IMG/VR virus record: IMGVR_UViG_3300025277_000014
Direction: 5' to 3' (one strand)
Length of the DNA stretch: 64,000 bases
From: an uncultured virus (IMG/VR IMGVR_UViG_3300025277_000014)
Lineage: Duplodnaviria > Heunggongvirae > Uroviricota > Caudoviricetes
Part shown: positions 1 to 8,501 of the stretch, in pieces
Layout of the letters: each line of letters opens with the position of its first letter
Numbering within the stretch: the first letter of the stretch is position 1
Made by a program: the position numbers and the translations under genes
Notes under the pieces: model-generated
What the model saw: only the letters and a program-made list of their open reading frames with translations
Told to the model about the DNA's origin: nothing
The model's database searches: none

Positions 1-163
1 CGCAGAATGCGTCCTTTGTATAATCTGTTTCTTTTTTCTTGAGTATTCTCACTTCCTTCATGCATGAGGACAGTGATTCCATTGGAACATACTGCGTCAT
101 TCTATGCTCCTGATCGTTCATATTACCGAATATAAACATAACGATGACGCTAATTACTTCCAT
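1..163 (-). CDS. 5' part of hypothetical protein ([17 protein letters not shown]...), truncated by window edge; near-copy of 63310..63624
   Basis: ATG at 161-163; sequence aligns by eye with 63462-63624 with mostly third-position differences. Confidence 0.8.
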   Translation of the reverse strand, partial: MEVISVIVMFIFGNMNDQEHRMTQYVPMESLSSCMKEVRILKKKETDYTKDAFC

Positions 164-540
164 TTGATTCCCTCAATTTATCCTTGAGCTTCTCCACGTC
201 ATTAAGCAATCGCTCTATGTCCTGCTGCGCTCTCTTTATGTTCACGGAATTTGACATCATTGACTCCATATCAGACTGCATAGACTCAATTTGAGAACTA
301 AGAAATTCTATGAGAAGGTCCTGCTGAGCGTCCGCGGGGAGGGACCCTAATTCACCTCGCGGCCATTTTATGCGGAATTCCGTGTTTTTCGTGAGGTCTG
401 ATTCGGATAAGGTTACACGCGTCTCAAGCGTATTTAGGCGCTCCTGGATCCCAAAAAAGGCCCAGACGCCGACCGCTGTGGCCGATAATATGGCCAAAAG
501 GTTGCGCATAGGCATGCTGATCGCTGTGCGGTCCGATACA
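1..540. repeat. Imperfect direct repeat of 63462..64000 (offset about 63,461 bp)
   Basis: Same two genes at both window ends; about 15 mismatches in the first 163 nt by manual comparison. Confidence 0.9.
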
Positions 541-560
541 TCGAATCTATCATTTGCCAT
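150..560 (-). CDS. Membrane-anchored coiled-coil protein
   Basis: N-terminal hydrophobic helix LLAILSATAVGVWAFFGI followed by heptad-rich region; near-copy at 63611-64000. Confidence 0.8.
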   Translation of the reverse strand: MANDRFDVSDRTAISMPMRNLLAILSATAVGVWAFFGIQERLNTLETRVTLSESDLTKNTEFRIKWPRGELGSLPADAQQDLLIEFLSSQIESMQSDMESMMSNSVNIKRAQQDIERLLNDVEKLKDKLRESNGSN

Positions 561-637
561 TACACCACCACCATTACAAATATTATTACTGTGAGAACTG
601 CTAAAGTTATAGATGATTTATCAAACCAATCAAACAT
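560..637 (-). CDS. 25-aa membrane peptide (MFDWFDKSSITLAVLTVIIFVMVVV)
   Basis: Fills the gap exactly with TAATG overlaps on both sides; below ORF-track cutoff. Confidence 0.6.
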   Translation of the reverse strand: MFDWFDKSSITLAVLTVIIFVMVVV

Positions 638-1005
638 TAGTCGCCATAAGAGTAGGAACCACCTTTAGTCTGGTTCTGTTGAATCATATTATTAGACCCT
701 CCCTGCAACATTTCGAAGAGATCCTTATGCTGGCGCTCTATGGATTTATTTTGCTTAACTATTTCTTTGTCTTTTTTATTCATCTGCTTCATTTCTCTTT
801 GCAACTCCTTGACATCTGCGATGAGATTTTCCAAATCAATTTTCATTTTGACCTGATTTTCGATGACTTCTTTTTTATTCTCCTCTTCGAAGCTTTTGTA
901 CATCTGGTCCACCCGAGAATCAAGTTTCGAGACGTACCATATGACTGCCACACCCTGAATCAGCACAAACGCCACGACGGCGAATGATATTTTTAGCCCG
1001 TTCAT
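637..1005 (-). CDS. Membrane-anchored coiled-coil protein (start revised to MNGLKISF)
   Basis: TM helix plus coiled coil; ATGA overlap with upstream small ORF. Confidence 0.7.
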   Translation of the reverse strand: MNGLKISFAVVAFVLIQGVAVIWYVSKLDSRVDQMYKSFEEENKKEVIENQVKMKIDLENLIADVKELQREMKQMNKKDKEIVKQNKSIERQHKDLFEMLQGGSNNMIQQNQTKGGSYSYGD

Positions 1006-1073
1006 TGCTGTGCCACCATCACAATTACTCCCCCCACAATCCAAATAGCATATACAGTTATAATCAATTCCAT
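1002..1073 (-). CDS. 23-aa membrane peptide (MELIITVYAIWIVGGVIVMVAQQ)
   Basis: Fills the gap between 1075 and 1005; hydrophobic; translationally coupled. Confidence 0.55.
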   Translation of the reverse strand: MELIITVYAIWIVGGVIVMVAQQ

Positions 1074-1074
1074 T

Positions 1075-1284
1075 TTATTCCTTCCATACAAACTCCTGTT
1101 TCACGGTTATCTGCATTGAATCCTTTCTCTGATCTTTTTTGTCATTATCCTTGTCCACTTCATCTTGTCCATAGGTTGTAGTGACACTTGTTTTATGGGG
1201 TTTCATAGACATACCCGAATATACATTACATCCATACATACTGAGCGCACTAATGATAGCCAAGCTAAACATTAGCTTGTACAT
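1075..1284 (-). CDS. Small putative lipoprotein
   Basis: Signal peptide ending in lipobox-like SMYGC. Confidence 0.6.
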   Translation of the reverse strand: MYKLMFSLAIISALSMYGCNVYSGMSMKPHKTSVTTTYGQDEVDKDNDKKDQRKDSMQITVKQEFVWKE

Positions 1285-1580
1285 TAGCCTTTTTGATAAA
1301 GGATGGTTCCGTAGATAACTGTTGTAAATGTATATTTTAAGCTTGTATCAACTTTAATTCCATCGCCAGGAAATTCAATATAATTTGAATTTTCTGTTGT
1401 AGCGCCATCTGGTATTTGTATTTTAAATACCTCAGTTGTATCATCATATAATATGATTGTGCCAGTAGCTTCAGTATTCATATAATAAACACCTAAAATT
1501 CTAGCAGGACCATTATATATAGTTTGACCTGAGCCAACTGAAGTAACCGAGAACGAACTTATGGATCCTTGAATACTCAT
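1284..1580 (-). CDS. Putative small virion protein
   Basis: Beta-rich 98-aa ORF downstream of capsid genes; GGAG RBS. Confidence 0.65.
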   Translation of the reverse strand: MSIQGSISSFSVTSVGSGQTIYNGPARILGVYYMNTEATGTIILYDDTTEVFKIQIPDGATTENSNYIEFPGDGIKVDTSLKYTFTTVIYGTILYQKG

Positions 1581-1636
1581 CTTTTTTATCTCCTATAAAA
1601 GGTAGGGCTTTTACACCCTACCTTGGTTAATTGTTA

Positions 1637-2548
1637 TTACTTAGTAGATGAACTACCAAAGCTTCTAGAACTAATCGCTTTAACATAATCAACCCACATA
1701 ATAGCTGCGGTTGTTGTATTGTTTTTAGTTCCCATCATAAGTCCTAATGCCAAATCATCAGGTAAATTAGTAGTTGCAATTGAGGCAACAGGCAAAGGCT
1801 GTTTTCCAACAGGACCTAAGTATGCTTGAATCACAGCAGTATTTACATTACCATTTAATCCTTTAGGAACAATGTTAAATCCAGCAATAAATGAATTACT
1901 TGGAGTCGCTAATTGAGTAGCACTAGCTGTTTGCAAGGCACCATCTTCAATTACAAAAGTATCACCAGTGTATGGATCAACTAATGCATCACTTGAAGTT
2001 ACCGTTCCATTTTTTTCAGCGTGAAGGTATAAACCAGTTCCAGCCGTAATTGAAGTAGGATCAGCAAAGTTAGAGAAATATACTCCGTCAGTAATATTTA
2101 CTACTCCTGAAGTTACATCTGTATCAACAAATCCAAAAACAATTTCTGTTGCTGAAATATCTTCAACTGCTACTCTAGCTTCAAAACCAGCATTCATACC
2201 TGTATTTAGTTGAAAAGCAGTAAAAGTATTAATTTGGTTATAAGCATCATCAGTTGCATTTACTTCATCTAGTTGTAACCATCCACCATGAGCGTCTGCT
2301 ACTGGTGTAGCGGTTTGAGTACTAGCAGTTTGGCTCAGGTACCATCCTGGTGAACCTCTTCCATTATTACTTGTATTGGTTCTTGTAATGGCTGAATAAA
2401 AATCATCCATAAACGAAGTTTGGCCTAGAAAGTCATATCCGCCACCTTGCGTATTGGTAACCGGAAATGGATCAGGCATCATTGCGTTCTTTAACGGGCT
2501 TTTATCTTTAACCACGTTAGTAACGCCATTGTTAAAATGTGTTGTCAT
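1637..2548 (-). CDS. Putative capsid decoration/head fibre protein
   Basis: Follows major capsid gene; T/G/N-rich beta-type composition; GGAG RBS. Confidence 0.6.
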   Translation of the reverse strand: MTTHFNNGVTNVVKDKSPLKNAMMPDPFPVTNTQGGGYDFLGQTSFMDDFYSAITRTNTSNNGRGSPGWYLSQTASTQTATPVADAHGGWLQLDEVNATDDAYNQINTFTAFQLNTGMNAGFEARVAVEDISATEIVFGFVDTDVTSGVVNITDGVYFSNFADPTSITAGTGLYLHAEKNGTVTSSDALVDPYTGDTFVIEDGALQTASATQLATPSNSFIAGFNIVPKGLNGNVNTAVIQAYLGPVGKQPLPVASIATTNLPDDLALGLMMGTKNNTTTAAIMWVDYVKAISSRSFGSSSTK

Positions 2549-2628
2549 GTCAGTCTCCTTTTAATTTGACCAGTAAATACACCGTCCTTATGACGTGTAT
2601 TCACCAACATTAACACTTTAGTTGTAAA

Positions 2629-2657
2629 ACAAAAAAGGCGCTCTTTCAAGCGCCTTC
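2629..2657 (-). terminator. Intrinsic terminator after major capsid gene
   Basis: AAGGCGCT/AGCGCCTT stem followed by a T-run on the minus strand. Confidence 0.75.
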
Positions 2658-2684
2658 TTCTATCTGGGAGGATCCAGTGTAAGT

Positions 2685-3587
2685 TTATGAACCTTGTGAT
2701 CCGTATACACAACGAGGATCAGAGTAACCAAAGCTATATCTCTCACGTGCTTTGTATCTCATGTTTCCTGTATCGAAATCGCCTTCCATGCCAGTGGCAA
2801 GGGCGGCTCTTACGAAATGCTTGAATCCATTAGGGCAATCAGTTTTCACGAACCACGCGTCTGTGTCAGTTAAGTAGTGATTCACTACATAACCTTCAGG
2901 TAGCATACCCATGTTTTTGATTGCATTAATATCATTATCAGCCGTACCGACTCTAAGAGTGGATTCTAAGATCCTATCGGCTACAAATTGAATGTTGACA
3001 GGGATAATCATTTTTCTGCCTTTCATTGCAACTTTTAAGCCTCTTTCATCGATAAAGCCAGCGATGTCAATCAATGCCTGCTCTAATGAGGTTTCGTTAA
3101 GGTCAGCATCGGTAGCACTTCTGTTTGACCAGTTTCCACCGAATGTTGTTGGGTGAGTAGTTGATGCTAAAGTTGCACCATCACCGCCAGTAGTCGCGAA
3201 CGCAGTGTTCAGGATATTGGCTCCCCTAACTTGTTTAGTATAAGCCATAGATCTCGCTAGTGCTTTAGTGTAACGAGCAGATAAAGTATCGTAAAGGTTA
3301 TCTTCCACCGCTTCTTCCGTTAACGCAAATGCCAAAGCAATTGTGTCGTGAACGTATCTTGCAGTGAAGGATTCTTTTGCAGTATCAAAATCAACTGCAG
3401 CGCCTTCCGGTTTTACCGCCGCTTCACCAAAACCAACTAACATTACTTCTTCTTCAAAAGCTCTGTCGCTTGATTCTTGACTAAATATTTGTGCCGCCTC
3501 GTTCTCATAACGAGCGTACTCCAGTCCAAACAATGCGTTAAGACCAGGTTCTAGCTCTTTGGCGAGCTGGGCTCTATTAATAGCCAT
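2685..3587 (-). CDS. Major capsid protein
   Basis: MAINRAQLAKELEPGLNALFGLEY N-terminus and GDFDTGNMRYKARERYSFG C-terminus recognised from marine podovirus capsid proteins; strong RBS; own terminator. Confidence 0.9.
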   Translation of the reverse strand: MAINRAQLAKELEPGLNALFGLEYARYENEAAQIFSQESSDRAFEEEVMLVGFGEAAVKPEGAAVDFDTAKESFTARYVHDTIALAFALTEEAVEDNLYDTLSARYTKALARSMAYTKQVRGANILNTAFATTGGDGATLASTTHPTTFGGNWSNRSATDADLNETSLEQALIDIAGFIDERGLKVAMKGRKMIIPVNIQFVADRILESTLRVGTADNDINAIKNMGMLPEGYVVNHYLTDTDAWFVKTDCPNGFKHFVRAALATGMEGDFDTGNMRYKARERYSFGYSDPRCVYGSQGS

Positions 3588-3603
3588 TATTTAATCTCCT
3601 AGT

Positions 3604-4188
3604 CTACACGCCCAGCGTACCAGTACCACCCATAAGTTGAGAGTTGTTGATTTTTACGACAAGAATTGAATTGTTCGCAGTAGTGTTATTACTTGGAACA
3701 TTGTAAAAATCTATTAGTCTCACTTGAAGAGTAGCAGTAGTGTCCGCTGAACTTGAATCTATTTCTACGCCAGACACACCCGTAGTGGTATTGCCTGCGC
3801 CGAAAATGAGATCCGCATTTTCATTTAGATTGGCTGCAACTATATTACTGACAACAGAATCCTGCTGAGCAATAAATGTTTGCATTGGATTATCCCATAC
3901 AAATGCTTTCGCATCCCCTGGAGCTAAGCTCGCAGGAAAATATGGGGACCAGGTTGGTTTGCTTGTTGTAGGGTCCGTATAAAAACAGCCTCCAAACACG
4001 CCCAATAGAGGGTTCGTCGCCGCCGCTACTTCAATGGTTCCGTCACTTTTATATTTAACGGGGTCCCCTGTGAAGATAGCTGTGCTTTGAGTGTCTCCGA
4101 TCGGGTACTGTGATTGTCCACCATTATTATCCGTTTGTCCCTGACATGCAACTGGTATCAGCCCGAAGGCCGCATCAATGTTTGCCAT
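3604..4188 (-). CDS. Capsid-associated (cement/minor capsid) protein
   Basis: Immediately upstream of capsid gene; beta-rich 194 aa. Confidence 0.65.
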   Translation of the reverse strand: MANIDAAFGLIPVACQGQTDNNGGQSQYPIGDTQSTAIFTGDPVKYKSDGTIEVAAATNPLLGVFGGCFYTDPTTSKPTWSPYFPASLAPGDAKAFVWDNPMQTFIAQQDSVVSNIVAANLNENADLIFGAGNTTTGVSGVEIDSSSADTTATLQVRLIDFYNVPSNNTTANNSILVVKINNSQLMGGTGTLGV

Positions 4189-4229
4189 ATTGACATCCTT
4201 TTAATAATGTTTGGTGACGCCTTTCCAAC

Positions 4230-4700
4230 CTATTTGGACTTGGCACCTCCACCAAAAGTTACTCTGCTTTGCCGTTCTTTTGAGATTGGCATCGCTGGAT
4301 GCTCGTCTTTCATTAAATCATTCTCAATAGATGCTTGCTGATCGGCAGTGAGATTCTTAAAATAATCATCTCTATCCTGTTTTACTTCGATCGGACATCT
4401 CATCAAGATCAATCCTCCAACTCCTATAACACCTTTATACTTACCTTCAGCAATCGCCGGTAGATCCAATCGATCTGGATATTCACTAGCTTTCACTGGT
4501 TCATATCCGCTTCGTATGCGTCCCATAACGTTTTTTTCGTCCTGGGTGCCTCGAAACTCGAATCGTATCCATCGATGATGAAAGCCTTCAGGTGGTTCCG
4601 GTGCCTCTAAGTTGGATGGAGGAACCCATCCTCTTTTACGAGCAACCTTTTCACGGGTTTCAGCTTTGCGTGAGGTTTTCAGTTTTGTTTTTACAGTCAT
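4230..4700 (-). CDS. Conserved head-module hypothetical protein
   Basis: Between scaffold and capsid genes; GGAGG RBS. Confidence 0.7.
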   Translation of the reverse strand: MTVKTKLKTSRKAETREKVARKRGWVPPSNLEAPEPPEGFHHRWIRFEFRGTQDEKNVMGRIRSGYEPVKASEYPDRLDLPAIAEGKYKGVIGVGGLILMRCPIEVKQDRDDYFKNLTADQQASIENDLMKDEHPAMPISKERQSRVTFGGGAKSK

Positions 4701-4701
4701 A

Positions 4702-5652
4702 TTACGCCTCCTTCACGTGTTTTGCGTATTCTTCCAAGGGCACACCAAGTTTTTTTGCGATAGCTACTTGTGAAGGTGTGAGTCTCACAGTGCGGCGCCC
4801 AGAAGGCGATGTTCTAACGGCCGAAGCAACTTTTTGTTTCGGCTTTGTTACGGTCCCCCCATCAAATTTATGAGGAAATTCTTTTCGTATACGTTTGTCT
4901 ATCTCACTATAATACTCATCTGTCCTAGGATCAACCCCTTCTTCAACTAATTCCCTATGAATATCGTATGCTGTGTAGGTCATTGCATTCTGAGTTCCAA
5001 ACCAATCATTATTTGATGCCCACTTTTCAGCTTTCAAATCACGGGGAGGAGGGGGTGGTTGATCCGCACTTCCTCCTTCAGACACTTGAGTGACTTCCTG
5101 TTGTTGTTGGGTTTTTCGTTGTATAGCCTTGGCTTTTGATACTTTCAAGCGTTCATCTTCAATGGTCAAACGAGCAATTTCCTGCTGAGCTGCAACTTGT
5201 TTTTCAACATCTTGCGCATTCATTGCGGCCTCAAGAGCTCTTTTTGCAAATTCACGTTGATTAGTAAGAGCCTTTTCTCTTTCCGCTAACATTGTGTCCG
5301 TTTGAACCAAAGTAGAACTTTTAAGTGTATCAAACTTCTTTTTCGCTGCTTCAGCATACTCGATAGCGGCGTGTTCGCGTCTTTCCGCTTCACGCATTTT
5401 TTTAGTTAATTTATCAATTCGTTTTTTTACCCCCGCGCTGTATTCTTCCAGTTCTTCTTCTTTAGTTTCTTGGGGCTGTTCTTTTACTTCTACTTCTTCT
5501 TTTTCTTCTACTACTTCAACAATAGGAGCATCTTCTTTTGTTACTTCTTCAATACCTTTTTCTTTATCTTCTTTTAATGTTACATCAACAGAATTACCCG
5601 ACGTATCAATAGGTACTAATTTTTCTGATGATGATGATGTTGTTTCGGGCAT
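4702..5652 (-). CDS. Putative capsid scaffolding protein
   Basis: Acidic N-terminus, long coiled coil, C-terminal LTPSQVAIAKKLGVPLEEYAK helix; position upstream of capsid. Confidence 0.7.
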   Translation of the reverse strand: MPETTSSSSEKLVPIDTSGNSVDVTLKEDKEKGIEEVTKEDAPIVEVVEEKEEVEVKEQPQETKEEELEEYSAGVKKRIDKLTKKMREAERREHAAIEYAEAAKKKFDTLKSSTLVQTDTMLAEREKALTNQREFAKRALEAAMNAQDVEKQVAAQQEIARLTIEDERLKVSKAKAIQRKTQQQQEVTQVSEGGSADQPPPPPRDLKAEKWASNNDWFGTQNAMTYTAYDIHRELVEEGVDPRTDEYYSEIDKRIRKEFPHKFDGGTVTKPKQKVASAVRTSPSGRRTVRLTPSQVAIAKKLGVPLEEYAKHVKEA

Positions 5653-5664
5653 GGTGCCTCCATG

Positions 5665-6072
5665 TTATAAAATATTGGATGGCAAAATATCCCGTGGATC
5701 ATCCAGAACAGCGAGTACTTCGTCATCATTAATTATGCGTAGCTCTCCCCCTTCAATCTGAATGCGTGATCCTGAATACTTGGTAATCAAGACCCAATCT
5801 CCTTCTTTGCACCAAGGGCCAGTTGGAAATCGATCTTTATCTTTATATGCTTCAGAACCTATTCTTAAAACTTTACAAATATTTGTTGTTATCTGTGCCT
5901 GATCAATTGTCTCATCAGTGAGATGAATACCAGAAGAAGTTTTAGAATCCAGCTTTAAGGGAAATAGTACAATCCTAAACCCACATGGCGTAGGAATTTT
6001 ATCCAGTTCTTGTTTCTGTTTTTCTAATTTCTTACCGTCCCATACATGTTTGGGTACAATTAATTTATTCAT
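5665..6072 (-). CDS. groES: GroES/Cpn10-like co-chaperonin
   Basis: P-x-GFRIVL, KTSSGIHL mobile loop, GDWVLITKYSG and IINDDEVLAVL motifs. Confidence 0.85.
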   Translation of the reverse strand: MNKLIVPKHVWDGKKLEKQKQELDKIPTPCGFRIVLFPLKLDSKTSSGIHLTDETIDQAQITTNICKVLRIGSEAYKDKDRFPTGPWCKEGDWVLITKYSGSRIQIEGGELRIINDDEVLAVLDDPRDILPSNIL

Positions 6073-6259
6073 CTTCTAGCTCCGTTTTCTTTAGCAGGTC
6101 CGTGAGTTCCTGTTGTTCTTGTTCAAGGGCGTGTAATTTACCAGTCAAATACCGATATTCCGCCCAATCATTAGCGCCCGTCAATATAGCTTGTTTTACT
6201 TGGTCTTGTCTAGCATTTAATTGTTTCTTGTAATAAGTGAAAAAATTCTCAAATCTCAT
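6065..6259 (-). CDS. Small hypothetical protein
   Basis: Helical 64 aa, coupled to groES. Confidence 0.7.
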   Translation of the reverse strand: MRFENFFTYYKKQLNARQDQVKQAILTGANDWAEYRYLTGKLHALEQEQQELTDLLKKTELEDE

Positions 6260-6262
6260 GTA

Positions 6263-6688
6263 CTACATGCACTGTTTCATTATTTCAGAAAGTTCAGTAC
6301 ATCTTGCTGGCGTCTGTTTAGCCCAACGTGAGTCGAGCATCTGTACGTGGGCCTCAAAATAGTCTTTTTCTTCCAACGCCAAAAGCATCTTCTTAAAATT
6401 CCGAACGCCCTGGGTGCCCAATTGAAACACCATTTCAATTATGCAATTTTTTGCTTCGATATGCAGTTCCGTTATATGACCAACAAGTTGGTTGGCACCT
6501 TCTCGTGCTTTCTCCAGATCCTTATGAAAAAGATTCAGAAGTTCAGGTTTTGTGTATTCTATTCCTTCTTCAAAATTATCCTTTTCCGTGATGAGATGGC
6601 CGTAGCCTATGGTTTTTTTTCCAAGTGAATCTTTATAAATTTTTTTACGGAATCCTTCATGGTCCATGATTCGTTTTTCGAGCATCAT
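6263..6688 (-). CDS. Endolysin, T4-type lysozyme (GH24)
   Basis: HEGFRKKIYKDSLGKKTIGYGH with E-x8-D-x5-T triad; DSRWAKQTPAR. Confidence 0.88.
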   Translation of the reverse strand: MMLEKRIMDHEGFRKKIYKDSLGKKTIGYGHLITEKDNFEEGIEYTKPELLNLFHKDLEKAREGANQLVGHITELHIEAKNCIIEMVFQLGTQGVRNFKKMLLALEEKDYFEAHVQMLDSRWAKQTPARCTELSEIMKQCM

Positions 6689-6852
6689 ACGTAGAGTTTC
6701 GTCCTTGGCCTTTTTTCCGGAAGCATGCGCCCGAACCCGCGCGGGGTTATGATCACAGGGCCTCCCTTGTTATATTTCTTTGCCCACCTTTTAGCGATTT
6801 CAGGCTTGTTGGCAAATAAAAACTTCTTCTGCTTTTCAGACTTGAAAGGCAT
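6685..6852 (-). CDS. 55-aa basic protein (MPFKSEKQKKFLFANKPEIAKRWAKKYNKGG...)
   Basis: Translated by hand; ATGA overlap with lysozyme start; GAGG RBS. Confidence 0.75.
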   Translation of the reverse strand: MPFKSEKQKKFLFANKPEIAKRWAKKYNKGGPVIITPRGFGRMLPEKRPRTKLYV

Positions 6853-6862
6853 TTTTGCCTCT

Positions 6863-7276
6863 CTATGAAAAACCTTTGAGCGTTTCCGCTAACCGTGCAC
6901 GCTGTCCAAGTTTGCCTTTTTTCTTCGCAGCGGAAGCTAATGTTTTCGCTGGAATTGTTTTTCCTTTTTTAACTCCCAATGACGCACGTAGCGCCCCTGG
7001 TTTCTTGATGGCTTTTTGAATCCATTTACCGTCTTTTGCCTTAATGACCGATCCTTCTCGTGATCCTTTTGCCTTAGGCCCTGAGAGTGTGGATCCTTCT
7101 CGTGATCCTCTTACAGTTGCCCCTCTGATGACAGATGTTTCCGCCGAACTTGGGACAACTTTTCCACCACTCTTATATTTTTTAACCATTTTCTGTCCTG
7201 TCGTCTCAGCATGTTTTTTGGCCTTTTTAATTCCTACTTTGGTGTAGGGATATTTTTTATTTCCAACTATTGGCAT
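6863..7276 (-). CDS. Basic Lys-rich protein, possibly DNA-binding/internal
   Basis: WIQKAIKKPGALR motif, duplicated GSREGS, YKSGG motif. Confidence 0.7.
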   Translation of the reverse strand: MPIVGNKKYPYTKVGIKKAKKHAETTGQKMVKKYKSGGKVVPSSAETSVIRGATVRGSREGSTLSGPKAKGSREGSVIKAKDGKWIQKAIKKPGALRASLGVKKGKTIPAKTLASAAKKKGKLGQRARLAETLKGFS

Positions 7277-7420
7277 TTAATCCTCCTCTTCAGAAATTAT
7301 TTCTTCCATCTTCTCAACTATCTCCTCTTCCTTTTCATGAAGAGCTGCAAGCTTGTCCAATAACTTTTGAATTCTTTGAAGGGGTGTTTGTTTCTTTTTC
7401 TTAGTTTTTGACGTCATCAT
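7277..7420 (-). CDS. 47-aa hypothetical protein
   Basis: MMTSKTKKKKQTPLQRIQKLL...; AGGAG RBS; fills the gap exactly. Confidence 0.65.
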   Translation of the reverse strand: MMTSKTKKKKQTPLQRIQKLLDKLAALHEKEEEIVEKMEEIISEEED

Positions 7421-7426
7421 TTCTCC

Positions 7427-7837
7427 TTATTTGGTTAATCCTTTGGCTTTTTCGAAGGACCTCATTCCCGCTACGCCGAGCATTGAAGTGACGATTGCGA
7501 GCAAGGGGCCAGTTTGAATCTCCGGGGCTGTTAAGTTTAATCCTGCAAACTTACTGTACCATTCTATGCAGGGGGATAGAAGGAACTCGAATCCGAGAGC
7601 CAAGGCTCCCATCCAGCCGATCGCGGGCCGCCAGCCCGAAACAAATACGGACCGGTGACCAGCTTCTTTAGCGTTTACATCCAATTGCTTTTCAGCAAGT
7701 TTTTGCTGGATGCGTTGCATCAAAATCTTTTTATCTAATTTCTCTTCCTCTGAAGTATGTAACTCATCAATCACACCAGAGATTTGTTTTAAGGCTCCGT
7801 TTTTACCGCCTAACAATCCACTGATGAGGTTTAACAT
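7427..7837 (-). CDS. Holin (3TM, GTA-holin-like)
   Basis: SGWRPAIGW motif, TM helices, GMRSFEK C-terminus; near lysozyme. Confidence 0.78.
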   Translation of the reverse strand: MLNLISGLLGGKNGALKQISGVIDELHTSEEEKLDKKILMQRIQQKLAEKQLDVNAKEAGHRSVFVSGWRPAIGWMGALALGFEFLLSPCIEWYSKFAGLNLTAPEIQTGPLLAIVTSMLGVAGMRSFEKAKGLTK

Positions 7838-7968
7838 TATACAGCTCCTGAAATTTTTCCTAGAACTACAATTACTATAATGGCGACGATACCGGCTTTA
7901 ATCCAGTCTTTCATTCCCCATTCGCTCCACTCTTTTAAGTGTTGCCATATATCCTTTAAAAGTTTCAT
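7837..7968 (-). CDS. 43-aa membrane protein
   Basis: MKLLKDIWQHLKEWSEWGMKDWIKAGIVAIIVIVVLGKISGAV; AGGAGG RBS; TAATG coupling to holin. Confidence 0.75.
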   Translation of the reverse strand: MKLLKDIWQHLKEWSEWGMKDWIKAGIVAIIVIVVLGKISGAV

Positions 7969-8000
7969 AGAAACCTCCTTTTTAATTGAAAATGAATTTA

Positions 8001-8228
8001 CTAAAAAACGCCCTTAAAAGCAACCTTCTTAATTTGCATCTTACTACGTTGCCCTTTTGGTCCCTTACCTAAATTATCTACAACCTTTGGTCCAGGTATT
8101 GCAACCTGCGCTGTGGATACTTCGGATGTCTTGTTGACATTAGGGCCTGCATAAGGATTCATCTCGTTAGAGACAGTCATTTTCGCATTGGGATATTTAG
8201 ATCCATTTATATATTTTGCTGTAGCCAT
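8001..8228 (-). CDS. Hypothetical protein
   Basis: AGGAG RBS; C-terminal KKVAFKGVF. Confidence 0.7.
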   Translation of the reverse strand: MATAKYINGSKYPNAKMTVSNEMNPYAGPNVNKTSEVSTAQVAIPGPKVVDNLGKGPKGQRSKMQIKKVAFKGVF

Positions 8229-8236
8229 TTTTTCTC

Positions 8237-8485
8237 CTAGTGTATGGTTGGTTTTATCAGTTCAATAAAATCAGCCACATTGTTATCCATAACTTGCTGT
8301 CCCTGTTGCGGTCCTAATGTATCATAATACACAACTCGAGCGACACTCATCATAGCACCAGCTAAAAGTATACTATCTTCAGCACTTTTGGAAGTTTTTT
8401 CTACCATATTGAGTAAATTTTGAAAATAATGCTGTAACCTTAAATCCGCATTAGTCATAAACTCATCATTAGATTTATTTACCAC
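8237..8485 (-). CDS. Hypothetical protein (GTG start assumed)
   Basis: ORF-track frame; start moved past the portal stop to a GTG with purine-rich RBS. Confidence 0.6.
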   Translation of the reverse strand: MVNKSNDEFMTNADLRLQHYFQNLLNMVEKTSKSAEDSILLAGAMMSVARVVYYDTLGPQQGQQVMDNNVADFIELIKPTIH

Positions 8486-8501
8486 TTTTACCTTCCCAAC
8501 A

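Noticed and set aside
1..540. True direct terminal repeat
   Set aside because: The two copies differ at about one base in ten, which is incompatible with physical terminal redundancy.
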